A stretch of DNA of 64,000 nt from Chloropicon primus (Eukaryota), in NCBI GenBank assembly GCA_023205875.1, contig CP060758.1:558001-622000 (forward strand). The letters run 5' to 3'. The number at the start of each line of letters is the position of its first letter. Within the stretch, counting starts at the first letter, position 1. The notes under the pieces are model-generated. The model was not told the DNA's origin, made no database searches, and saw nothing but the letters and a program-made list of their open reading frames with translations. Both the position numbers and the translations under genes were made by a program. Below, one piece after another: positions 43,711-52,798 of this stretch.

Positions 43711-43751
<41 letters not shown>
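43711..43751. repeat. (CT)n/(GA)n microsatellite in the GR 5' region; similar tracts near 10010, 18300, 27531, 38215, 39571, 40674, 62892 and 63490
   Basis: Directly visible; concentrated in UTRs and introns. Confidence 0.9.
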
Positions 43752-43754
<3 letters not shown>

Positions 43755-43999
43755 ATAAGGCGAAGTTAGAGTGTACTAACGTTACACCCTCAAATTCAAA
43801 ATCGATTTCAAACGTTACGGATGGGACAGGTTAACGGCCGAGCACTCGGTGGGGTCCTCTGTCTCTTGCTGCTGCTGTTGGTGTTGGTGTGTGTTGCCCG
43901 TTGTCGCAACGACCATCGGAAGGAGAAGGGACGGCTTCGGTTTCTCTCTTCTCTCTATTCTCTCTATTCTCTATTCTCTCCCCTGGCCAGAGAGGAGCA

Positions 44000-45109
44000 A
44001 TGCTGGTGACGTTGGGCGTGGCGTTCGTCGCCGCCCTCGTGGGCAGGACGGAGATGTGGAAGACGTTCGTGGCGAGCGTGGAGGGGGAAGTGGACTACGG
44101 CAAGGACTACGCCGTCGCCGTTGCGGTCGCCTTCCTGTTCCCCCTCGTGAGGTACGCGCTGGACAGAACGGCGTACACGGTGATGGCGAACCTCGTGGTC
44201 GTGCCGAGCGAGAGGAAGAAGCAGCTGAAGGCGCGGTCGAAGAGGAACTACAGCGAGGTCCTCAAGTCTCCCCCGCCGGTGCTTCGCAAGAGGAAGAAGG
44301 TTGGAGGGGTGCCGGCCGCCGCCGACAGCGAAGACCTCACGCAGGAGGAGCAGGAAGCGGTAGACGTGAGAGTGGAGAAGTTCAAGGAGTCGTGCTGGAA
44401 GGCCAGCGTGTACTTCTTCTTCTCGGCCTACGGGTTCGTGTTCATGCGAACCAAGCCCTGGTTCTATGACCGAGGTCACTTCTGGCACGGCTTCCACGAC
44501 GACGGGCCAAACTGCCAGTGGGATCACTCCTGCCCGAGCCTGTGCACGACGGACGACTGGCCCGGGTGTTCCACCTGCAAGTTCACCTTCGACGTGAAGC
44601 TCTATTATATTCTGGAGCTCGGCTACTACCTGCAGGCCATCTTCAGCTTGGTGTTCTGGGAGACGAGGAGGAAGGACTTCGCGGTCATGATGGGCCATCA
44701 CATCGTCACGATCATTCTGATCGTCTTCAGCCACTGGGGGAGATTGCTCAGGATCGGCACAATGGTGTTCCTGCTCCACGACGTGTCTGACGTCCCGCTC
44801 GAGCTCGCGAAGGCGAGCAGGTACGCCAACTTCGACCGCCTCACGGACGTGTTCTTTGCGTTTTTCTTCTTGGTGTGGATTCTGTCGAGGATCGTCTACT
44901 TCCCGCTGGTCATCATACGCACGGCCCTGTACGAAGTGCCCAAGTGTCCAAGGATCGAGTGGAAGAGGGAGTACTGCATGGTTGCCTTCGACGGCTTGCT
45001 GCTGTCCCTCTTCGCCATCCACGTCTACTGGACTTTTCTGATAGGCCGGATATTGCACAGAGCAGTGGTGGGCGGAAAAGTGAACGACGAGCGCGAAGAC
45101 GATACGTGA
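44000..45109 (+). CDS. Ceramide synthase (LAG1/LOH, TLC domain)
   Basis: KFKESCWK, the Lag1 motif RRKDF..MMGHH..T..LI..S, LHDVSD..LE.AK and C-terminal D.REDD. Confidence 0.93.
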   Translation: MLVTLGVAFVAALVGRTEMWKTFVASVEGEVDYGKDYAVAVAVAFLFPLVRYALDRTAYTVMANLVVVPSERKKQLKARSKRNYSEVLKSPPPVLRKRKKVGGVPAAADSEDLTQEEQEAVDVRVEKFKESCWKASVYFFFSAYGFVFMRTKPWFYDRGHFWHGFHDDGPNCQWDHSCPSLCTTDDWPGCSTCKFTFDVKLYYILELGYYLQAIFSLVFWETRRKDFAVMMGHHIVTIILIVFSHWGRLLRIGTMVFLLHDVSDVPLELAKASRYANFDRLTDVFFAFFFLVWILSRIVYFPLVIIRTALYEVPKCPRIEWKREYCMVAFDGLLLSLFAIHVYWTFLIGRILHRAVVGGKVNDEREDDT

Positions 45110-45181
45110 TTCTACTCGAAACACTTTTATAACCGAGAATACACAAAAGCGAAAAGCAATATACACAAAATACAAAGTCCG

Positions 45182-46971
45182 CTACCCACCAGCGCGAAGG
45201 ACGACCTCATCGCAGCATGCCACAGCCTCCACCGCGGAGAAATTGGGGACCACGCGGGAGGACAGCTTCAAGATGAGTTCAGAGAGCTTCACCCGTTCCC
45301 CTGTTTTCGATATGTCTGTTACGGCATCGCCACCCCCCTCCTCGGAAAGCAAGCGGGTCACCATCCATTCGAGAATCGCGTGCGTCGACTCGGACCTCTC
45401 TTCCGATTCCACCGTTAGGACTCCGCCATCCTGTGCAGTTCCGATGAGCAGGCCCGCGGTCACGGCGAGGGCGTAGATGGTGAGGGCATGCTGCCTCTGG
45501 TAGCGGTCCAGGAGGGCTTTCTTCGAACCTCTCCGCGAGGACAGGCTTTCTGTCAACAGTCTTTCAGTCGACTCGGGATCGAACCCGTCCGTGCGGATCG
45601 ACTTGAGCCATTCATCAATCAGCTGCAAAGCTTGAGAAAGGGAGACAAACTCGCAGCCCTGCCACTTCGAGCAGTGGATGTCCACTTCGATGTCAAGAAC
45701 TTCGAGGCTGATGAATCGCGTCTCTTCACTCAAGAGGCCGGACACTATCCGAGCTGCCTCGTCCGCGATGCTCTCCTTCTCCTCTTGAGACCTCCTGAGG
45801 CGGCACAAAGCCTGGGAGAGCTTCCACAGAACCTGCGGGTGGTGCTTTCTGCCCGCACCGTGGAGAAGGGTCTCCTGCCCGTGAAGGGCCGCCTCAAACG
45901 ACTTTTTGGGCGGGCTCGCACCGCTGCCCCAAGTCCGCTCGCGGCGCACTGCAATCTTATCGATTCGATCTGAAAGCTTCCCCGCGTGCGCGAGGGCTCT
46001 CTCCTTCTCCTTTCCGCTGAGCTTGGCTTTCACCGTCTCCAAAGTTCTACCGAGTTCCTCCTTGATGTGACTCAGAGGAAAGTGCTTGCACTGTGTGTCG
46101 AGAAACCTTGCAAAGTTGTTCACGAGCTCGATCTGAGACCTCGTCTCCACGGACTTTGGCCTGTGCTTTCTGACCAGCGCAATGGCCTCCTTTGGCGACA
46201 TCATCTCTGCGAAAACAAAGTAGCAAGCGATCGCCGTGCCAGTTCTGCCCAGCCCAGCGTGGCAGTGAACGAGGACGGCCTCTTTCCTCTTGATGTGAAA
46301 GTCCATCACCTGAACGACGTTGAGCGTGGAACCCATGCCGGGAGAGTGCATGTCGACGCTGGGGAAGGTGTAGACCGATATGCCGGCCTGGGAAAACGGC
46401 GTTTTGCGGCAGGAACAGGATTTGATTGATGTTGAAAGAGGGAGGCAACTCTCTCCAAGTCAGTAAGCCACCTCGAAAAAGGAGATCGGGGCGTCAACCA
46501 ACCAAGTCTTACCTTCATGAAGTAGTCCGGGTCGTAAGAGAAGCCCGTGTGCTTCAAAACCCCGGAGCCGCAGTGGGCGTGCTCTCCAATCTCTTGGAGG
46601 TTGAAGACCGCTCTGACATTCTTCGACAGCAGATCTTTCAGAGACTCCTCCCGCTCGATGATTGGCTGCTGTGGTCTCGCCGCAGCCACGATCGCGTCCC
46701 CAACCCAATTCGAGTGGATTCCTCGCACCGCGTTCTCCCCCTTCTGGGCGTAAGGGTCCTCCTTCTTGCAGGCCTTGCCCCCCTCGAAGAAGCACTGGAT
46801 TCTTTCCTTGAGAAGGAAGATGGGACCATGAACCAAGCGGTTGTCTTGTTTCGCCCAAGCAGAGGCCACCGGGGATGGGCCAGCCTCCCTCGAATCTCTC
46901 AGAGGCTTCTCCTCTTCATCGTCCCTCCCTTGTGCACCTCCCAGTCCCGTACAGGGAATACAGAAACGCAT
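45182..46971 (-). CDS. PTPDC1: Dual-specificity phosphatase, PTPDC1-like; exons 46971-46513 and 46387-45182
   Basis: GGKACK.E..., HSNWV.D.I.A.ARP, FNLQEIGEHAHCG, FSYDP..FM and catalytic HCHAGLGRTG. Phase-0 intron 46512-46388. Confidence 0.85.
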
Positions 46972-47645
46972 CCCCGGGTTGGTGCCCCTCACCAACAAGG
47001 CCAAGCCACAGGAGTCGTACTACCAATCCCACAGGAGTCCCTTGGTGTTCCCTCGATCGAGCTTGGGGACAACCCAAGCGGCCTTGGGATCCCCTGACAA
47101 AGGCTGGCAAGACACAACCTTGCAGTATTGGTTAGGTTGGGTTGGGTTGGGTTGGGCCAAGGGGTGAAGGAGTGAAGGAGTCCGATCTTCCTCTTCCCTC
47201 CCTTGGGATGGAGTGTCTGAAAGGTTTACACCTAGAAGCTCGAGCCGTAATCCACTTCAAGCTTGAAGCGGTACAATCGTAAAAGGCGCGGGAGAGGGGG
47301 AGAGAGGTGAGTGTTGGGACAGGAGTTTAGACCCAGGGGACGGCGTCGTGGGATCAGGAGGAGGAAGCGACGGGATAGGTGATGTCCCCCTCGTTCGATG
47401 GACCCCTTGGTCGAAAAGATGGGTGTCTTGTGAAGGGAGGACTGAAATGGTTTGGGTTGTTTGCTTGTTTTGCCTTGTTTTGTTGTTGCTTTGGTTGGGA
47501 TGGACAAAGGGAAAGGGAAAGGGGCTTTGAAGTTGCGACGGGTTCAGGTGCAGGGAGGGTTGTCGGAGACCAAAGAGACCAAGAGGGAGACATCTCCAAC
47601 GTCACGGGCGTCTGAGTTGAGGGGGAAGCGCGAGGGTTGGACAGG

Positions 47646-50600
47646 ATGACTGCGGCCAAGGAGGCAGAGCAGGTGAGCTTTCTCAAAGCACTGGGAGACA
47701 GGGAGGAGGACGTGAGGCTGGCGGTCCTGGAAGTGGCGAAGCAAAATGCCAAGAGGGATGGGAGCGGATCGATGGCTGGGCCTTGCTTGACCTTCCTCGA
47801 GGACGAAACCGAGAAGGAAGGCGTCCACGTTTCTATCTTCTCCATCGTTTGCCAGCTTGCAGAGTCGGCCACCGAGATGGAGACGTCCTCCGTGACCTCC
47901 CTGGCCTCCGTCAGTTTCAGGTTCTTGACCGATGTCAAGAAGAACAACCGCAAGCTGCAGCACGCGGCTGCGGAGGCCCTGGTCGCTTTGACCAAGAGGG
48001 ACTTCAGTCTGGTCGTGAACCAGATCATTGATGGCATCTCGCCAAGCGAAGTCCCGAACCTCGAAGTGTTTTGGACGATCAAGGAGATCAGCGACAACAG
48101 CTTTTTGAGCCTGGCGCCCATGCTTTCGTCCCTGATGTCCAAGCTCCTGCCCACGCTGGGAAACATAAAAGGTGATCCGCTGAAGAAGATAGTGTGCCAA
48201 ACTTTCAAAAGCATCGCGGAGGGCATCGAGGAGGTTTGGGGGGCGAGGGCCAGGGGCGAGCAGCAGGATGGCGAGGAGGAAGAGAAGAAGGAAGAAGAGT
48301 ACGCTCTCTCTGTTGACATCTTCAAGGATCTCAAGCTTCTCCTCAAAACCGTCATCGATCTCTTTGCCGGCACGTGGCTGAACCTGAGGGAGCCGGCGGT
48401 GAAGCCGGACAACCTGGAGGTCATCGGCGTCCTCCTCCAGGCGTGCGAGAGGGAAACACTCGACCTGTACTTCAGCAAAAATCTTGCACAGTCGCTGCCT
48501 TACTGCAAGACCGTGAGCGTCGAAAGCATGAAAGTCCTGAACGGTGTCATGGGGATGATACAAAGCGTGAAGAAGCTGAACCTCGAAGCGGAGCTCATTG
48601 ATTCCGTGGTCGTCACGAACATTCTGAGCGTGTTCTTGAATGTCGCGGCCAGCGATATCGATTACAGCACAACGGACAAGGACAAGATGCAGGCGAGCAT
48701 CAAGTGCAAGAACTACGTGCTCAAAACAACGGAAGTCCTCTTTCAGCTCATGCCTCACGAGTGCTCCCTTTTCATCTTGAAAACGTTGGAAGCCAGGGGA
48801 AACGAGGTTCAGAAGGTCGGCATCCTGAACGTGATCAAGCACCTCCTGACTCACGTGAGCCACCTCTTCGAGCTTGAGCAGCAAAATCTACTGATTTCAG
48901 GGATGAAAAACTTCGCAGACGGTATCCTTGCGTCTTCCACTTACTTCTCCATGATGGCACAGTATCCCAACTATCTGAATATGGTGAGGAGTCTTGTTCA
49001 GACCATCCTGGCCCTGGCGACGAGCGGCTTCCTCATTCTCGAGGGGGGAGAGAGCCTCATCGACTTTCTTCTTCAGTTGTCTTGCCTCAAGTGGTCGCGG
49101 GAGTACCCCCTCGTGGTGAAGAAGTTCAAGAACGCGGATGGGATCGCAAGGGAGCTGCAAGGCTTGTGCGAGAGGAACTTGACGATTGTGGCCACCACGA
49201 TCGATGCTCTGGACAAGGTGATGTTCCCCTTCTTGCTGGAGAGGTTCATCGCCGGCGAGAATGCTCGTCTGGGCTCCCTTGTCTGCAAGTGCACCTCGGA
49301 AGTCATGGTCAGGATCATCGAGACCACTGAGAGCAAAGACATTTGCGAATACGTTTCCGCGGATGAGGTCAAGAGGCACATGCCATCGTCTCACGAGATT
49401 TTGTCGAGAATTTTTGCCTTGCTGTACGTTCCCAAGTCCCAAAAGGGGATCCAGGAGAACGGGCTCCAATTCTTGTATGCCCTCAGGCAGTACTTCATTT
49501 CTGCGGACCACCAGGAGGACTTTGGGTCCTTGGCCCAGAAGTTGCTCACGACCCTGAAGGAGAACAAGGCAAACAGTGGCCTGGACCTTGACATCCAAAT
49601 CTGGCAGAGGAAGGTCTTGGACCTCTTCAAGGTTCTGTTCGCCGAGGAGAGGGAAGTGGACTGGATCACCTCGCTTTGCCTTGAGTTCAAGACCCTGATG
49701 GCTTCATTCAGGAAAGCGACCATAAAAGAATCTAGCTCCCTTGTCGCTGCTTGCGTGACCTTGACTGGCATATGCCTGCAAAATATTCAGAAGAGGGACT
49801 TTGTGCGGGAAGCTCTGCAGGATGTTTACTCTTACGTGGAGCTCTCGAACTACGAAGAGCAGTCCGCCTTTGCCTCTTGCTGTGGCAACGTCGGCCATTC
49901 TCATCTGGATGTAGCCCTCGAGAAGATCAAGTTTTGCACCGCGCCCCCAGAGAAAGAGACAAAGAAGAGCTCCTTTGGGTTCTTCAGCTTCTCTTCCTCT
50001 TCTTCTAACGACAAGGGCTCCCCGACTAAAGCGAAGGACGACGATGTGAGCAAGGCGACTGCGGCTCTTGCTTACGGTTTCTGCGCCAGCTACGCAAATG
50101 TGGAGCTCCTCTCGTCCCGTTTGCAGACGCACATTCTTGGAAATATGACCGGGGACTTGAAAGAGATGAAGACGCTGCAAGGCTTGCTGGCGTACTCGAC
50201 CTCGGTCATCAACATTGTCGATGCAGTGAAGGATGCCAGGGAATCAGGAGCGACGGTGAAGATTTCAAGCTCTCCGGATCTTCTCTTGTGCCTTCTTGAG
50301 CAGATGGAAAGGTCCTGCTCAGAGATAACCGCTGGGATTGATCCCTCAAGCACTGTTGACAATCCCTTGTACGTGGGTGATTTTCAGTTGAAGGCTGGCA
50401 TAAAGCTGTTGGAGCTGGAGCGGAAGACGATACCGTCGGAGGTTCAACAATCATTCTTGGTGATGACAATCAATTTCGTCAAGGCTGCGACGTCCCTGGA
50501 TGGGAGAGAGTACATCGTTGATGTCGAGCAGATGATTAATACCTGCAGGCACACGTTCACGGCGCTGCTGGACGCCAAGCAGGCGAGCGAGGGTCCATTC

Positions 50601-52778
50601 TGCAAGCTGTTCACGGATATCGTCCAAGACCTCCTCTCGTCAACGCTGCACATGCGCAACTGCAAAGGCAAGGAGCATATCATGTGGTTGGTCTTGTGCA
50701 CGATTCAGTACTTCAGAGACAAGAGCTCCGAGGTCACCGCGAAAAGCAGAATGGCTCTGAGGGCGGGAATCACCTTTTCCAGGCTGATTGCCAAGTTCTG
50801 CGAAACGGACGTGAAGCTGAGATCGATGGCCCTGATCGCTATCGAGTACACTCTCGACATCATGAAGAAAGCATCAGGCGATGCCATTGCGTCGGTCGAT
50901 ACGACGCCTTTGGGTAAGCTCAAGCAGACGATAAAGGACGTGGATTCGGCAGAAGCCATGGAGGACATGTTCCGGGAACTTGGTATTGTCGTGGATTGCG
51001 TGGACAAAGCTCTGGAAAATTCCGAAGCTGTGGAGCTGGTCTGCGATCTGAAGACCATTGTGAAGGACGTCGAGGCTTCCGTGCCCCATGGTGCAGGATT
51101 CTCGGCGAACAAGATTCTGTGCGCAAGAGCCGAAAGCATAGAGGAGAGCTCCGGACACATCTCGTACACTTTCCTTGAAGTCGCCCAGGCTTTGAGCGGC
51201 AGGGAGGAGAGCAAAAAACTTCAGTACGGGATGCTTCAGACGCTGAGAATGTTCATCGAAAGGGTCAGGGACAAGTCCATGATATTCGACATGACTTTGC
51301 AGTCCATCTACAACGAGAGCGGCACGAGAATGACAGACGCGTTGATCGAGGTGCTCCTCTCCAGCATGGACGTCGTGAGGGCACTGGTCAACCACGTTCT
51401 TACGAAAATCAACGTGAAGAACATCGAGAAGATCATCGGGTCAGCCAAGCAAGAGACGGGCGGAATGACGGTGAGGATGGACCTGGCGAGCTCAAAGGCG
51501 CTGTGCAGCATCTTCAAATGCACCCACACGAACCTTGAGGTGAAAACGTTCATCAGCTCGGAAGCTTTCGCGCCTTTGATATGCAACCTGCTCATGTTCG
51601 TGGGCCACTACGAGAGCAACAAGTGGGAGAGCAGCTTGGGTGAGATGTCCACGTGCATCGCAGCCTTGTGCGACTTTTTCTCCATCCCCATGGCGAAAGC
51701 GAACGCCCTCAAGCTTGAAACTTGGGCGGCGAACCACCAGGATTTCCTGAACAACGTGGGCAGCGTGGCCTCGGAGGCTATTAGGGATAGCGCAAGCCAC
51801 CAGCAGCAGGTGTTCGACTTCTGCTCGCACACGCTGCGCTCCCAATCCAGCTCCCCGGAGCTCACCACGATCTGCCACTCCATCCTTTCCAACATGGCCT
51901 CGATTGCAATAGAATCGGAGCTCCAGGGAACGATTGCGAGTCATCTCATTGTGTACGTCGGGGACCTGCAAATGGACATCGCGATCAGAAAACAGTGCAT
52001 GCACGGTTTGTCCCTGCTGCCATCGGAGCAGACAAACTCATTTGCCACGGAAATCATCGCGTCCTTGAGCTCAAACATCGATAGCACGATCTCAGAGTTG
52101 AGCGTGTTCGCTCTCAAAGTCTTGGAGGAGGAGCTGACAAAGTTGGATCAGACGCAATTCGTCCCGATTGCCCTCAACCTCTTCAACAAGTTGAGGGACA
52201 AGCTAGAGAACAGAGACCCGTCGATAAGGAGCGCGTCTTGCGACGTGTTTGGAAAGTTCAGCGTCTTCAAGGAGTGCTTGGAGACGAACAGTGCTCTGAT
52301 GGAGAGAATGCACACGGCTCTGGTTGGTCTCTATCTTAGAGTGGGTGACGAGGACCACATGGTGAGGCACTCTGCAAAGAAGGCCCTGAGAATGCTTGGC
52401 GAGCTCTTCGGCGAGGAGTCCCTCGTGTCCATGTTCGACGCCAGCGAATTCGATCCCGATAGAAAGCTTGATTTCAGCTATTTCTCTTGGGAGTTCTGCT
52501 CGTGCCTGGTCAGCTTGAGGGGGGGGGAGCGCGCCAACCAGTACCTCGAGGCTGCTGCTCAATATTTCGAGCACTCTTCTCCCAACTTGTCTGGCAATTC
52601 GATTTTCTTGGCCGGGTGCATGCTGGCCAACTGCACGGGGGGAGACAAGTACCTTTCAGAAAGCCTGGTCAGCAGGGTCAAAATGCAAGCTTCTCGAATG
52701 AAAGAAAAGGCGGTGGATGTCTTTGTCAGGAAGAACGCTGCAATCGCCTTTGGGCTGATGCTAAGGTGTACAATTTAA
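47646..52778 (+). CDS. Maestro heat-like repeat protein (MROH1/SGR6-like)
   Basis: About 1710 aa, all-helical. Segments LCERNLTIVATTI...FPFLL, G.SHLDVALEKIK and AALAYG resemble MROH1/SGR6. Confidence 0.75.
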   Translation: MTAAKEAEQVSFLKALGDREEDVRLAVLEVAKQNAKRDGSGSMAGPCLTFLEDETEKEGVHVSIFSIVCQLAESATEMETSSVTSLASVSFRFLTDVKKNNRKLQHAAAEALVALTKRDFSLVVNQIIDGISPSEVPNLEVFWTIKEISDNSFLSLAPMLSSLMSKLLPTLGNIKGDPLKKIVCQTFKSIAEGIEEVWGARARGEQQDGEEEEKKEEEYALSVDIFKDLKLLLKTVIDLFAGTWLNLREPAVKPDNLEVIGVLLQACERETLDLYFSKNLAQSLPYCKTVSVESMKVLNGVMGMIQSVKKLNLEAELIDSVVVTNILSVFLNVAASDIDYSTTDKDKMQASIKCKNYVLKTTEVLFQLMPHECSLFILKTLEARGNEVQKVGILNVIKHLLTHVSHLFELEQQNLLISGMKNFADGILASSTYFSMMAQYPNYLNMVRSLVQTILALATSGFLILEGGESLIDFLLQLSCLKWSREYPLVVKKFKNADGIARELQGLCERNLTIVATTIDALDKVMFPFLLERFIAGENARLGSLVCKCTSEVMVRIIETTESKDICEYVSADEVKRHMPSSHEILSRIFALLYVPKSQKGIQENGLQFLYALRQYFISADHQEDFGSLAQKLLTTLKENKANSGLDLDIQIWQRKVLDLFKVLFAEEREVDWITSLCLEFKTLMASFRKATIKESSSLVAACVTLTGICLQNIQKRDFVREALQDVYSYVELSNYEEQSAFASCCGNVGHSHLDVALEKIKFCTAPPEKETKKSSFGFFSFSSSSSNDKGSPTKAKDDDVSKATAALAYGFCASYANVELLSSRLQTHILGNMTGDLKEMKTLQGLLAYSTSVINIVDAVKDARESGATVKISSSPDLLLCLLEQMERSCSEITAGIDPSSTVDNPLYVGDFQLKAGIKLLELERKTIPSEVQQSFLVMTINFVKAATSLDGREYIVDVEQMINTCRHTFTALLDAKQASEGPFCKLFTDIVQDLLSSTLHMRNCKGKEHIMWLVLCTIQYFRDKSSEVTAKSRMALRAGITFSRLIAKFCETDVKLRSMALIAIEYTLDIMKKASGDAIASVDTTPLGKLKQTIKDVDSAEAMEDMFRELGIVVDCVDKALENSEAVELVCDLKTIVKDVEASVPHGAGFSANKILCARAESIEESSGHISYTFLEVAQALSGREESKKLQYGMLQTLRMFIERVRDKSMIFDMTLQSIYNESGTRMTDALIEVLLSSMDVVRALVNHVLTKINVKNIEKIIGSAKQETGGMTVRMDLASSKALCSIFKCTHTNLEVKTFISSEAFAPLICNLLMFVGHYESNKWESSLGEMSTCIAALCDFFSIPMAKANALKLETWAANHQDFLNNVGSVASEAIRDSASHQQQVFDFCSHTLRSQSSSPELTTICHSILSNMASIAIESELQGTIASHLIVYVGDLQMDIAIRKQCMHGLSLLPSEQTNSFATEIIASLSSNIDSTISELSVFALKVLEEELTKLDQTQFVPIALNLFNKLRDKLENRDPSIRSASCDVFGKFSVFKECLETNSALMERMHTALVGLYLRVGDEDHMVRHSAKKALRMLGELFGEESLVSMFDASEFDPDRKLDFSYFSWEFCSCLVSLRGGERANQYLEAAAQYFEHSSPNLSGNSIFLAGCMLANCTGGDKYLSESLVSRVKMQASRMKEKAVDVFVRKNAAIAFGLMLRCTI

Positions 52779-52798
52779 TTTAATTTTTTGAGGGAAGT

